A stretch of DNA of 49,353 nucleotides from a virus (taxonomy: Duplodnaviria > Heunggongvirae > Uroviricota > Caudoviricetes): positions 1 to 49,353 of the IMG/VR virus record IMGVR_UViG_2627854282_000001. One strand, 5' to 3'. Positions 36,030 through 43,448 of the stretch are shown piece after piece. The stretch's first letter is position 1. Each line of letters opens with the position of its first letter. The position numbers were made by a program, and so were the translations under genes. The notes under the pieces are model-generated. The model did no database searches. It was not told the origin of the DNA and saw only the letters and a list, made by a program, of their open reading frames with translations.

Positions 36030-36101
36030 CTACGCTGATGTGAGTGCGAAGAGGATGAAGCTGACGAGGATAAACGCTGACCAGCCGATGATCTCACCCA
36101 T
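36030..36101 (-). CDS. 23-aa hydrophobic peptide MGEIIGWSAFILVSFILFALTSA (not in ORF track)
   Basis: SD AAGGA, 8-nt overlap with the oxidoreductase end, fills the gap to the SDR gene. Confidence 0.45.
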   Translation of the reverse strand: MGEIIGWSAFILVSFILFALTSA

Positions 36102-37089
36102 CGATCATGTCCTTGATGACCCTCTCCGCTTGCACCACCGCGTCGATCTTCCCCGCGCGCACGCGCAGCGCGCGCTCACCAACCTTGACGACCTCGACCA
36201 GCCGGCTGTCGGCGCCGGAAAGCGGCATCGCGCGGATGCTCAAGCGATAGTCTTCAACCTGGTAGAGATCGCGGACCGCCGGGTAGAAACCGGCCATGTC
36301 GCTGATCATGAACTGGGCTTGGCGCTCCACATCGGCGGCGCTGAGGCCGTCGAGCAGCGCCTTCGCCTCGCGCCAGGTCTTGCAGGTCTTCGAAAATGGC
36401 GTCCATTTCGCCGAGGAAAGACTCGAAAGGCCGAGATCCTCGTTCCAGACATAGAGCGATGGGAACGGCCCATCGACAATGGTCACCGACTTGTCGGTCG
36501 GCCCCCTCAGCAGGACGACCAGGCAGGGCTCGTAGCGATCGACGCCGGCGCCGTCGTTGGCGCAGAAAGTGGCATCGATCGTGAAATCGAAATCCTTGCT
36601 GTCGACCTCGCCGATCGGCGTGTTGAGCTTCACCGCGCCGGCAAGCTGGGCCGCGAAGTGCATCCTGGCGTCGTCGACCACGATATGCCGTTCGCCGACC
36701 ATGACGCCGCCCTCCACAAACGCCAGACCGAACTCAGCCGGGTCGTGGAGCGTGATGAACTCGATCTGGTCACGGAGAATCCGGCGATAGGTGCCGAAAT
36801 CGATCAGCGAGTGATCGGCGGCGACCGCATAGATGTTGATCGGCACCGGCCGGGTGAAGCGGCCATACCGCTCCATGAATTCCGCGTTATGCTCCTGGCA
36901 CGCCCGCTGCGTCGCCGCCGACCGCGGATAGTGTGGCGCTCCAAGATGCAAGCGGGCCGGGATATTCCCGGATGCTCCGTTGAAGATGCGGCCGCCGCTC
37001 TCATGCACCTCGACGTCATGGCCGTCGGCGATCAAGCCAAGGGCGATGCTGCAGCCGTAGAACCCGGCGCCGAGAACGCGAATGCGCAT
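36094..37089 (-). CDS. FAD-dependent oxidoreductase (DAO-like)
   Basis: VLGAGFYG dinucleotide-binding motif, GASG...RLHLG, GKID. Confidence 0.85.
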   Translation of the reverse strand: MRIRVLGAGFYGCSIALGLIADGHDVEVHESGGRIFNGASGNIPARLHLGAPHYPRSAATQRACQEHNAEFMERYGRFTRPVPINIYAVAADHSLIDFGTYRRILRDQIEFITLHDPAEFGLAFVEGGVMVGERHIVVDDARMHFAAQLAGAVKLNTPIGEVDSKDFDFTIDATFCANDGAGVDRYEPCLVVLLRGPTDKSVTIVDGPFPSLYVWNEDLGLSSLSSAKWTPFSKTCKTWREAKALLDGLSAADVERQAQFMISDMAGFYPAVRDLYQVEDYRLSIRAMPLSGADSRLVEVVKVGERALRVRAGKIDAVVQAERVIKDMIDG

Positions 37090-37092
37090 GCG

Positions 37093-37677
37093 TCAGAGCT
37101 TCAGCCGTTCCACGACGACACCGGCGGCGCGCTGCTCGCGGATCGACAGGACCGCCTCGATCGATGTCTCCCGCTTGAGCGCGGCGACCCAGCGCTTGGC
37201 GTCCCACTCGAATGGATGGAGATCCGGCCGGTCAAAGACCTGTTTCTTCACCGGTGCCAACTTTTCTGCGATGTAGAGCGCCTTGTTGGCGAGCGAGTAG
37301 AGCCGGTCGACGATCACCGGCAAGTCTCTGACCGGGATTGACCCCAGGGTGTGCGTGCAGATGACCAAATCGAACGTCCCGGTTGGCTCTGCGGCAAAAG
37401 GCGGATACGCCGGATCGAACTTCGTGACCTCGACACCCCAGAATTCCTCGATCGTCATTCCGACCGGGATGGCGCCGGCGGGGTCCGTGTTACGCCAGGT
37501 ATACTGGGCGCCCTTCCCGCATCCGTAGTCCAGGATCGACGTGCAGCCGAGTCGGTCGATGATCTCCTTGATAAAGGGAGCGTGCGGCCGGAGGAAACGG
37601 CCTGAAAACGTCTTGTTGCTTGCGTGGTGACGCTTGCTCGCTTCAAGCGCGGCAAAATACTCGGCGCTCAAACGCAT
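37093..37677 (-). CDS. Class I SAM-dependent methyltransferase
   Basis: ILDYGCGKG motif I, FDPAY, FDLVICTHTL. Confidence 0.88.
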   Translation of the reverse strand: MRLSAEYFAALEASKRHHASNKTFSGRFLRPHAPFIKEIIDRLGCTSILDYGCGKGAQYTWRNTDPAGAIPVGMTIEEFWGVEVTKFDPAYPPFAAEPTGTFDLVICTHTLGSIPVRDLPVIVDRLYSLANKALYIAEKLAPVKKQVFDRPDLHPFEWDAKRWVAALKRETSIEAVLSIREQRAAGVVVERLKL

Positions 37678-37680
37678 CGA

Positions 37681-38541
37681 TCACCCGTAAATCTGCGGCC
37701 GCAGGATATTCCAAGCTTCGCCCGAGCTCATCTCGTGCATCGTGTATTGGCAGTAGGCGAGATTGTAGGCCCACTGCCTGCGCTCCTCGTCGGTGGCGAG
37801 CAGCGGATTCTCGATATCGTTCAGCCGCGTCGACGAAACAGGCTTCGCAACCGCATCTCCGAGCACGATCGTCGGTACACCGGCGAGCATCGCCTCGAAA
37901 CAGGCGTTGGAGCCATGGGTGATGACGACATGCGCGTTTTCGAGCACCTGGTCGATGCTCTCTGGCGATCGCGAAAAATATGTCCCTTCGATCGGCTCCG
38001 CCTCGCGCCAACTCGGCTTTGGCCTGTAAACGATCGGACGCTCCGGCGAATATTTGCGCAGCTTCTTGATCACACGGCGCGCATACGAGGTCGGATCGTC
38101 GAGCGAATAGAATTCGTGGTATTTCGCCGACGACCCCGCGATGACGATTTTCTCGCCGGCCGCGCGCCAGGGCTTCATCTCGAGCTCAAGCCTATCCCAG
38201 CGGTCCGACGGCCGCGCTACCCTCATCAGCTTCGATGTCGGGTGGTGGCCGTCAACGGCGACCCGCCAGAACTCCCAGAGCTTGACCGGGCCGTCGAGGC
38301 GGTGCCGGCAGTAGCCCTTGTCGAACATGATGGTGTGGACGCCGGCCTGCCAGTTCGACATGAAGAGCTCCTTGCTCTTCACGCCGACCATGCAGGCGAC
38401 CTCGCAGTCGTTGGCGACCTGAGGCTCTTCGGTCAGCGGCCGGATCACGATCTCGTCGCCATGCTCGATGACGCCGCGGGCGAAGGCGTCGGCGAGCAAC
38501 CGCTCGCGCGGCTTCTCGGAGGCGAAGAAGCAGATTCTCAT
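37681..38541 (-). CDS. GT-B-like protein, KpsS/KpsC (capsule synthesis)-like paralogue 3
   Basis: DKGYCR, YRPKP, VITHGSNACFEAMLAGVP, YNLAYCQY. Confidence 0.7.
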   Translation of the reverse strand: MRICFFASEKPRERLLADAFARGVIEHGDEIVIRPLTEEPQVANDCEVACMVGVKSKELFMSNWQAGVHTIMFDKGYCRHRLDGPVKLWEFWRVAVDGHHPTSKLMRVARPSDRWDRLELEMKPWRAAGEKIVIAGSSAKYHEFYSLDDPTSYARRVIKKLRKYSPERPIVYRPKPSWREAEPIEGTYFSRSPESIDQVLENAHVVITHGSNACFEAMLAGVPTIVLGDAVAKPVSSTRLNDIENPLLATDEERRQWAYNLAYCQYTMHEMSSGEAWNILRPQIYG

Positions 38542-39389
38542 GCCGAAACGAGGCCTTCGTCTTTCAGGTGGCGCCAGGCCAGTCCCGCTTCCATTTCAGC
38601 GGGCGTCCACTGGCAATAGCTGATGTCGTTGATCCATTGCTGCCGGCCATTCGGCCACCGCGGCGACTCGATCTTCTCAAGGTCGGCCAGCGCCATCGGC
38701 GCCGCCACTCCTTCGAGGCAGAAGGCAGGAACCCCGGCGAGCAGGCCGTCAATTGCGGCGTTGGAATGATGGGTGACGACGGCGTGGCAGTCCTTGAGCC
38801 ATTCGCCGATATCGACCCTTGTCTGGCAGAAGGTGGAACCGGGGATCGGCGTCGCCGCCGTCCAACTCGGCTTCGGCCGATAGATGATTTCGCGATCGGT
38901 ATGCTTGCGCAGCGTGTTGATCGCGTTGGTTTCCCATTCCTGCGGGTAGAACCCGTCGACCGCGGCGCCCTTGCCGCTGGTGCCGGCGACGATGATGGTG
39001 CGGCCGCCACGAAATGGCGCAATCGTCAGGCGGAAACGCGAGACGCGACTATCGTCATGCTTGACGCGCTGGAAATATTCGGTCGGATGTCGGGCGTTGA
39101 CCGATATCTTGTGATAACCAGACCACTTCCCGCCCTCGAGCCGGCCCCAATATCCCATGTCGATGTAGACGACCGGCCGGCCCGCCGCACGGTAGGCGCT
39201 GAAGATTTCCTGGAGGCGATCGTCGAATCCATAAAAGACCGCAGCGTCGCCGGCGGGTTCCTGGAAATCCGTATAGGGGACAAACCGCGGCTGATCGCCA
39301 ACTGCGGCGATGCCTTTCGCCATCGCCATGCCCATCAGCATCGAACGCTTGTGGTTCGGGATGTGATAGACCGTTACGCGAGCAACCAA
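38538..39389 (-). CDS. GT-B-like protein, KpsS/KpsC-like paralogue 2
   Basis: DMGYW, YRPKP, VVTHHSNAAIDGLLAGVP, ISYCQW; TTG start 39389 with SD AGGAG (ATG 39428 alternative). Confidence 0.7.
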   Translation of the reverse strand: MVARVTVYHIPNHKRSMLMGMAMAKGIAAVGDQPRFVPYTDFQEPAGDAAVFYGFDDRLQEIFSAYRAAGRPVVYIDMGYWGRLEGGKWSGYHKISVNARHPTEYFQRVKHDDSRVSRFRLTIAPFRGGRTIIVAGTSGKGAAVDGFYPQEWETNAINTLRKHTDREIIYRPKPSWTAATPIPGSTFCQTRVDIGEWLKDCHAVVTHHSNAAIDGLLAGVPAFCLEGVAAPMALADLEKIESPRWPNGRQQWINDISYCQWTPAEMEAGLAWRHLKDEGLVSA

Positions 39390-40141
39390 GGGAACGGCTC
39401 TCCTGCCTTGATTTCCGCTATCGTCCACTGCGCATAGGCGAGGCGCCGAAACATCGGCATCCGATCGCCTACGAATGGATCCTCAAGATGCTCGAGTCCG
39501 AAGCGCGCCGCCGGCGCACCGATCCACGCGGGGAGCTCATGGATCACCGGGACCCCGGCGAAGATCGCCTTGATCCCTGCCCCGCTGCCCCATGTCACCG
39601 CAGCCCAAGCGTCTTTCAGGTCTTCGTAGGGCTCGGTGCGCGCCTTGCCAGGATGGTTGCGAACGCGGATCGGCCGATCGGTGGCCTTGCACAGCCGTGC
39701 GACGACGTCGCCGGGCCAGCTCAGCGGCATCGCAATGCCTGGTGTCCCGATCCCGCGCTGCGGCAGCACGACGATTTCCCGGCCGCTGGCGCGCCATGGT
39801 CGCGGCACGATATCGAGCAGATTCCAGCGGTCCGTTGGGCCTTCAACCCATGTTCCGGCGCCGAGGTGGAAGCTCAGCGCCATCGCATAGAGCTGGCGGG
39901 CTTCTTGGTCCTTCCCGATGTAGCCGTTCTCGACGACAATGACCTTGGCGCCGACCTTTTCGTAGCGCTCCGCGAAGAAGATATCGGCTCGAGACCGATT
40001 CCAGATCACCAGGACGTCATCCGGCGACGGACGATCGAGCGGCTTGCGATCAACAACGAAGCCATGCCGAGCCAAGCCGGCAAGGATCTCCCTGCGGATG
40101 TAATGCGGGGAATCCTTCAGCGTGTCGGAGGCGACCTTCAT
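39374..40141 (-). CDS. GT-B-like protein, KpsS/KpsC-like paralogue 1
   Basis: VENGY, RNHP, AVTWGSGAGIKAIFAGVP, LAYAQW. Confidence 0.7.
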   Translation of the reverse strand: MKVASDTLKDSPHYIRREILAGLARHGFVVDRKPLDRPSPDDVLVIWNRSRADIFFAERYEKVGAKVIVVENGYIGKDQEARQLYAMALSFHLGAGTWVEGPTDRWNLLDIVPRPWRASGREIVVLPQRGIGTPGIAMPLSWPGDVVARLCKATDRPIRVRNHPGKARTEPYEDLKDAWAAVTWGSGAGIKAIFAGVPVIHELPAWIGAPAARFGLEHLEDPFVGDRMPMFRRLAYAQWTIAEIKAGEPFPWLLA

Positions 40142-40761
40142 GCCAAGAGCGTTTGGAGATCGAAGGGAGGCAACCAGTTGATGTTGGACTGCAGCGTTGC
40201 GTTGAAGACTTTCACGCCGCGCTTATCGAGCTCGCCGGTCAGGATCCGAAACAGCCTGAGCCGCTCCTGGATGTTCGAATGCTTGTCCATCGACCCGTCG
40301 TGACGGCCGAACCAGTGCTCGCGCGAGCCGTTGTCCGAAAAATCATATCCGGCGAGGATGACGCCGCCGCTGCTCGCCCCGATCTTCGCGGCGAGATGCA
40401 CCGCCTGGGCGCCTCCGTTGGCGCCGGATCGAATGCAGCCCGGCGTGTCGTCGTATCCCTCAATGCCGGTGTTCTTCAAATGCCGGACATCGTGATAGCC
40501 GGTGATCTCGAGAGAGACCTTCAGCCCGGGGAATCCGGGGACGCCCTTCTTGCTCTGCCACCAGACCTTGTCGCAGGCATAGCCGACATCGGCGAACCAG
40601 CACGGGAACATGTTGTCGTTGATCGCGATGACGCGGCAGCGGTCCAGCGACCTCGCCCGCCCGATCTGCCAGACCTGTTTCAGGGTCAGCGATGGGCCCG
40701 AGGCGACGCAGATGACCGGCCGATCTCCAAATGGAGGGACCGGGATGCACTTCTCGATCAA
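40138..40761 (-). CDS. MptE/Maf (DUF115)/GT29-like transferase-fold protein
   Basis: CVASGPSL, VIAIND, SGANGGAQAVHLA, ILAGYD, HWFG motifs; start uncertain (TTG 40761). Confidence 0.65.
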   Translation of the reverse strand: MIEKCIPVPPFGDRPVICVASGPSLTLKQVWQIGRARSLDRCRVIAINDNMFPCWFADVGYACDKVWWQSKKGVPGFPGLKVSLEITGYHDVRHLKNTGIEGYDDTPGCIRSGANGGAQAVHLAAKIGASSGGVILAGYDFSDNGSREHWFGRHDGSMDKHSNIQERLRLFRILTGELDKRGVKVFNATLQSNINWLPPFDLQTLLA

Positions 40762-40769
40762 GCGAAAAC

Positions 40770-41132
40770 TCAGTAGGACGGCGGCGGAACGAACAGACAA
40801 ATCGTCTTGCCGGCATCGAGGCCGGTTTGGTGCGCACACCAGTGATATTCGCCGTCCGGCGAATCCTTGATCCGCTTGTCGCGGTAAGCGACGACCTCGC
40901 CAGTATCCTTGATCACGTAGCCTTCCGGGCGCTCGGCGATCGAGGACTGCGGGATCTCCTTGCAGTCGTAGTTGGCGCAGCAGGAAAATGGATACTTCCA
41001 TCCCTGCGGCATCGCCGCCGTGGGCGTCGCATCGTGAGCGAGCGCGGTTCCGATCCAGAACAGCGATGTCAGGATCGCGAGCACGAGAGAGCCGGCCAGC
41101 AGAATCCGGCTCTGGCGGTCACGATGGTGCAT
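40770..41132 (-). CDS. Secreted Cys-rich protein (120 aa)
   Basis: SD AGGAG, signal peptide ending ALA-H, YPFSCC..YDC, PDG.YHWC, ICLFVPP. Confidence 0.8.
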   Translation of the reverse strand: MHHRDRQSRILLAGSLVLAILTSLFWIGTALAHDATPTAAMPQGWKYPFSCCANYDCKEIPQSSIAERPEGYVIKDTGEVVAYRDKRIKDSPDGEYHWCAHQTGLDAGKTICLFVPPPSY

Positions 41133-41171
41133 CGGAAGGCTCCTGATGGAGTTGATTGATGCCGGCGTCGA

Positions 41172-41191
41172 TGATATTAGATTTAATATCA
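41172..41191. promoter_or_regulatory. Inverted repeat operator upstream of hicB
   Basis: TGATATTA-gatt-TAATATCA overlapping a possible TTGATG-N16-TAGATT promoter. Confidence 0.55.
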
Positions 41192-41211
41192 ACAAGACGG
41201 AGGCAAAACGG

Positions 41212-41565
41212 TTGAAACCCTACAAGGGCTATCTGCCCGTGATTGAATTCGATGAGGGCGACATGGTTTTCCATGGGCGCGTCGCCGGGCTTCGCGACAT
41301 CTTCACGTTCGAGGCAACGACGGCCGAGGATCTCGTGAAGTCGTTCCACGATTCAGTCGATGATTATCTCGCCTTTTGTGCGGAAAAGGGTAGGGAGCCC
41401 GAGAAGCCGCACAGCGGTAAGATTGCGCTTCGCATACCGCCGGCGACACATCGCCTGGTCGCGATGGCGGCAGAGGCCGATGACAAATCCATCAATCAGT
41501 GGATGGCCGATACACTTGAGACAGCGGTCCGGGACCGCGAAACTCGCATCCGCATCAAGGCTTGA
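41212..41565 (+). CDS. hicB: HicB-family antitoxin (orphan)
   Basis: YKGY..IEFD, FHGRVAGLRD, SFHDSVDDYLAFC, KPHSGK..LRIPP..HR, SINQW RHH domain; TTG start with SD GGAGG. Confidence 0.9.
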   Translation: MKPYKGYLPVIEFDEGDMVFHGRVAGLRDIFTFEATTAEDLVKSFHDSVDDYLAFCAEKGREPEKPHSGKIALRIPPATHRLVAMAAEADDKSINQWMADTLETAVRDRETRIRIKA

Positions 41566-41568
41566 AAC

Positions 41569-41594
41569 GGGACGGCCGATCATCTGGCCGTCCC
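41569..41594. terminator. Hairpin between convergent hicB and tRNA transcripts
   Basis: GGGACGGCC-N8-GGCCGTCCC; GTTTC tail on the minus strand. Confidence 0.55.
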
Positions 41595-41907
41595 ACGCGG
41601 CACCCCGGCAAGGAACGTCTTCGGCTGGCTCGTCACCTCTAGCGGACCGTCCGCTTGCGCAGTGAACTCCGCCGATGGGCTTCGTTTTCTGCGGTTTCGT
41701 TGGCAAACACGCCGCTCTACCCATGTCTGGGCAGGATATCCGCGCGGGCATTCCCCGGCGGCCGCAGCCTGCTATCGGCCAATCCATTTGGCTGAGTTCA
41801 GGGGAGGATCATAGCGACCGACTGATCAGGCCGGCCCCATCCCCTCCCCCTTCTCTCAGGTTTATCGCGGAAGACCGCCCCGTACCGGAAGGCAGAGGGG
41901 ACGGCCA
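41585..41907 (-). ncRNA. Candidate structured non-coding RNA (about 320 nt) downstream of the tRNA
   Basis: Ends complementary (TGGCCGTCCC 41907-41898 / GGGACGGCCA 41594-41585); long internal hairpin 41792-41859; GACA-tetraloop hairpin 41717-41734; no credible ORF. Confidence 0.4.
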
Positions 41908-41911
41908 TATT

Positions 41912-41988
<77 letters not shown>

Positions 41989-42258
41989 TTAGAATTCGAC
42001 GGTCTCGCCGTCCGCAAAGGTAATCGACTTCACCGCCCGCGGAGTTCCCGTCCTCGGATCGCCAACCATGAAGCATGGCACCCCCACGATCTCGGCGGCG
42101 GAAAATAGTTCGATGTTGACCCGAATTGGATCCTTGGCGCTAAAACGTGGCACCTCGATCGCTACGACGGACGGGACATCCTGGCCAGTCTCAAGATCCG
42201 TTACCTTGGTGCCGACGCCTATCCCTTCATCGGGGGTGACCACTTTCACCAGGCGCAT
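41989..42258 (-). CDS. Hypothetical protein (89 aa)
   Basis: SD AAGGA; its stop codon abuts the tRNA 5' end. Confidence 0.7.
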   Translation of the reverse strand: MRLVKVVTPDEGIGVGTKVTDLETGQDVPSVVAIEVPRFSAKDPIRVNIELFSAAEIVGVPCFMVGDPRTGTPRAVKSITFADGETVEF

Positions 42259-42334
42259 CGTGTTTTCCTTCGGGTGATTCTGCTTCACCGACAAAGCGAT
42301 GATTCCGCCGAGAAGTGACTCGCGCACCGCATAC

Positions 42335-42360
42335 CGTCAACGAGTTGTGTTAATAACTCG
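42335..42360 (-). promoter_or_regulatory. Candidate -35 (TTGACG) with adjacent upstream inverted repeat; possible late promoter
   Basis: CGAGTT-N8-AACTCG (42341-42360) abutting minus-strand TTGACG (42340-42335); no good -10. Confidence 0.35.
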
Positions 42361-42603
42361 CATCAGCCACCTGATGTGGTGTTCAGAAACATTCCACTGC
42401 GACAAGAACTTTTGCGAACGCCGAAATTTTTTTCGGGCTGATCGAAATTCAGTCAGGCGATCAAAGGGCCGATTTCGCCATTTCAGAGGCGGGAGATCCG
42501 TCTTTTGTCCGGTTGAAAGGCATCAGAAAGTTCCTCTGCCAGTTGACGTTTTAGGCTTTTCGGGCTTTCAAATGTCCGAACCAATGTCCATTGAGGTACA
42601 TTC

Positions 42604-42906
42604 ATGGCCGCGAAAGGCGTCACCGAGATCGAAAAGCTCCGTCCAGAGCTCCTGGATATGTCAGTCGCCGAGCTTGAGCGGCGGCGCACCGAGATCGACA
42701 TGGCGATCGCCAAGAAGGCCGAGATCGAGGCCGCCGAGCTCCGCGCCAAGGACATCAAGGAGGCAGATGAACGGATCACCCGGCTGTTCGAGGATCTCCG
42801 CTGGCTCTACGACAAGAACTTCCTCAGCCCGAAGATTCTTGAAGCTTTCACAAGTGCCGACGGCCAGTTCGCTCCGCATCGGTCGCTGAAACGGCCGCGG
42901 GCATAA
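42604..42906 (+). CDS. Helical hypothetical protein (100 aa), H-NS N-terminus-like
   Basis: SD GAGGT; LLDMSVAELERRRTEIDMAIAKK coiled coil. Confidence 0.75.
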   Translation: MAAKGVTEIEKLRPELLDMSVAELERRRTEIDMAIAKKAEIEAAELRAKDIKEADERITRLFEDLRWLYDKNFLSPKILEAFTSADGQFAPHRSLKRPRA

Positions 42907-42908
42907 CC

Positions 42909-43172
42909 ATGCGTGTTCTGGTCGCCGCGGCATGCATTGCGATCATCATCGGCGTCACCTATTTCGTGAGCTCTGAATTCGTGAGCTATCGGATCGCCCA
43001 CGATGCTGATATCAAGAAGGCGCTCGCCGACACGCTTCGTGTCGCCTGCCTGGATGATCTGCAGTCCGTCCTGCCGAACAAGACGAAGATCCGCAACTGC
43101 CTCGACATGGGCGCCTTGGGCGAGGTCGACGTCGTCCGGCGCGAGCAGCAGATCGGCATGATCCTGCACTAG
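42909..43172 (+). CDS. Membrane-anchored/exported protein (87 aa)
   Basis: N-terminal TM, two Cys in the soluble part; 2 nt after the upstream stop. Confidence 0.7.
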   Translation: MRVLVAAACIAIIIGVTYFVSSEFVSYRIAHDADIKKALADTLRVACLDDLQSVLPNKTKIRNCLDMGALGEVDVVRREQQIGMILH

Positions 43173-43177
43173 TCGCC

Positions 43178-43217
43178 GTCAAATTTCGTCGAAATCTGAC
43201 GGAATTTGACGAAATCT
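43178..43217. repeat. Four degenerate 10-bp tandem units in a convergent gap
   Basis: GTCAAATTTC GTCGAAATCT GACGGAATTT GACGAAATCT; also folds as a hairpin. Confidence 0.55.
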
Positions 43218-43223
43218 TCCGTT

Positions 43224-43448
43224 CTACTGCAGCTTGGATGCTCCGGGAGTGGACTTCAAGCGCAGCAGAAGTTCTTCGTCGCTCATTTCCTCTGAGGCGA
43301 GCACATAGGCATCTCCAACGCAACGGCGAGCGTAAATAAACCACCCGCCAGGCACCGAAACTTGAAGTTTCAGACATGTGTCATCGAGCGGAAGCAGTCT
43401 TCCGTCGGCCGGCCCGCCGATGCAGAGAAGGACCGACTCAGCCCTCAC
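43224..43448 (-). CDS. Small phage hypothetical protein (74 aa)
   Basis: CIGGPADG motif; coupled to the upstream gene. Confidence 0.65.
   Translation of the reverse strand: MRAESVLLCIGGPADGRLLPLDDTCLKLQVSVPGGWFIYARRCVGDAYVLASEEMSDEELLLRLKSTPGASKLQ

Noticed and set aside
33995-40761. Cassette as a classic gtrABC O-antigen conversion locus
   Set aside because: No multi-pass flippase or GtrA/GtrC membrane proteins, and it is coupled to terS rather than separately transcribed
42335-42360. CtrA box at the TTAA near the putative late promoter
   Set aside because: No second half-site at 7-nt spacing on either strand; kept only as an inverted repeat with a -35
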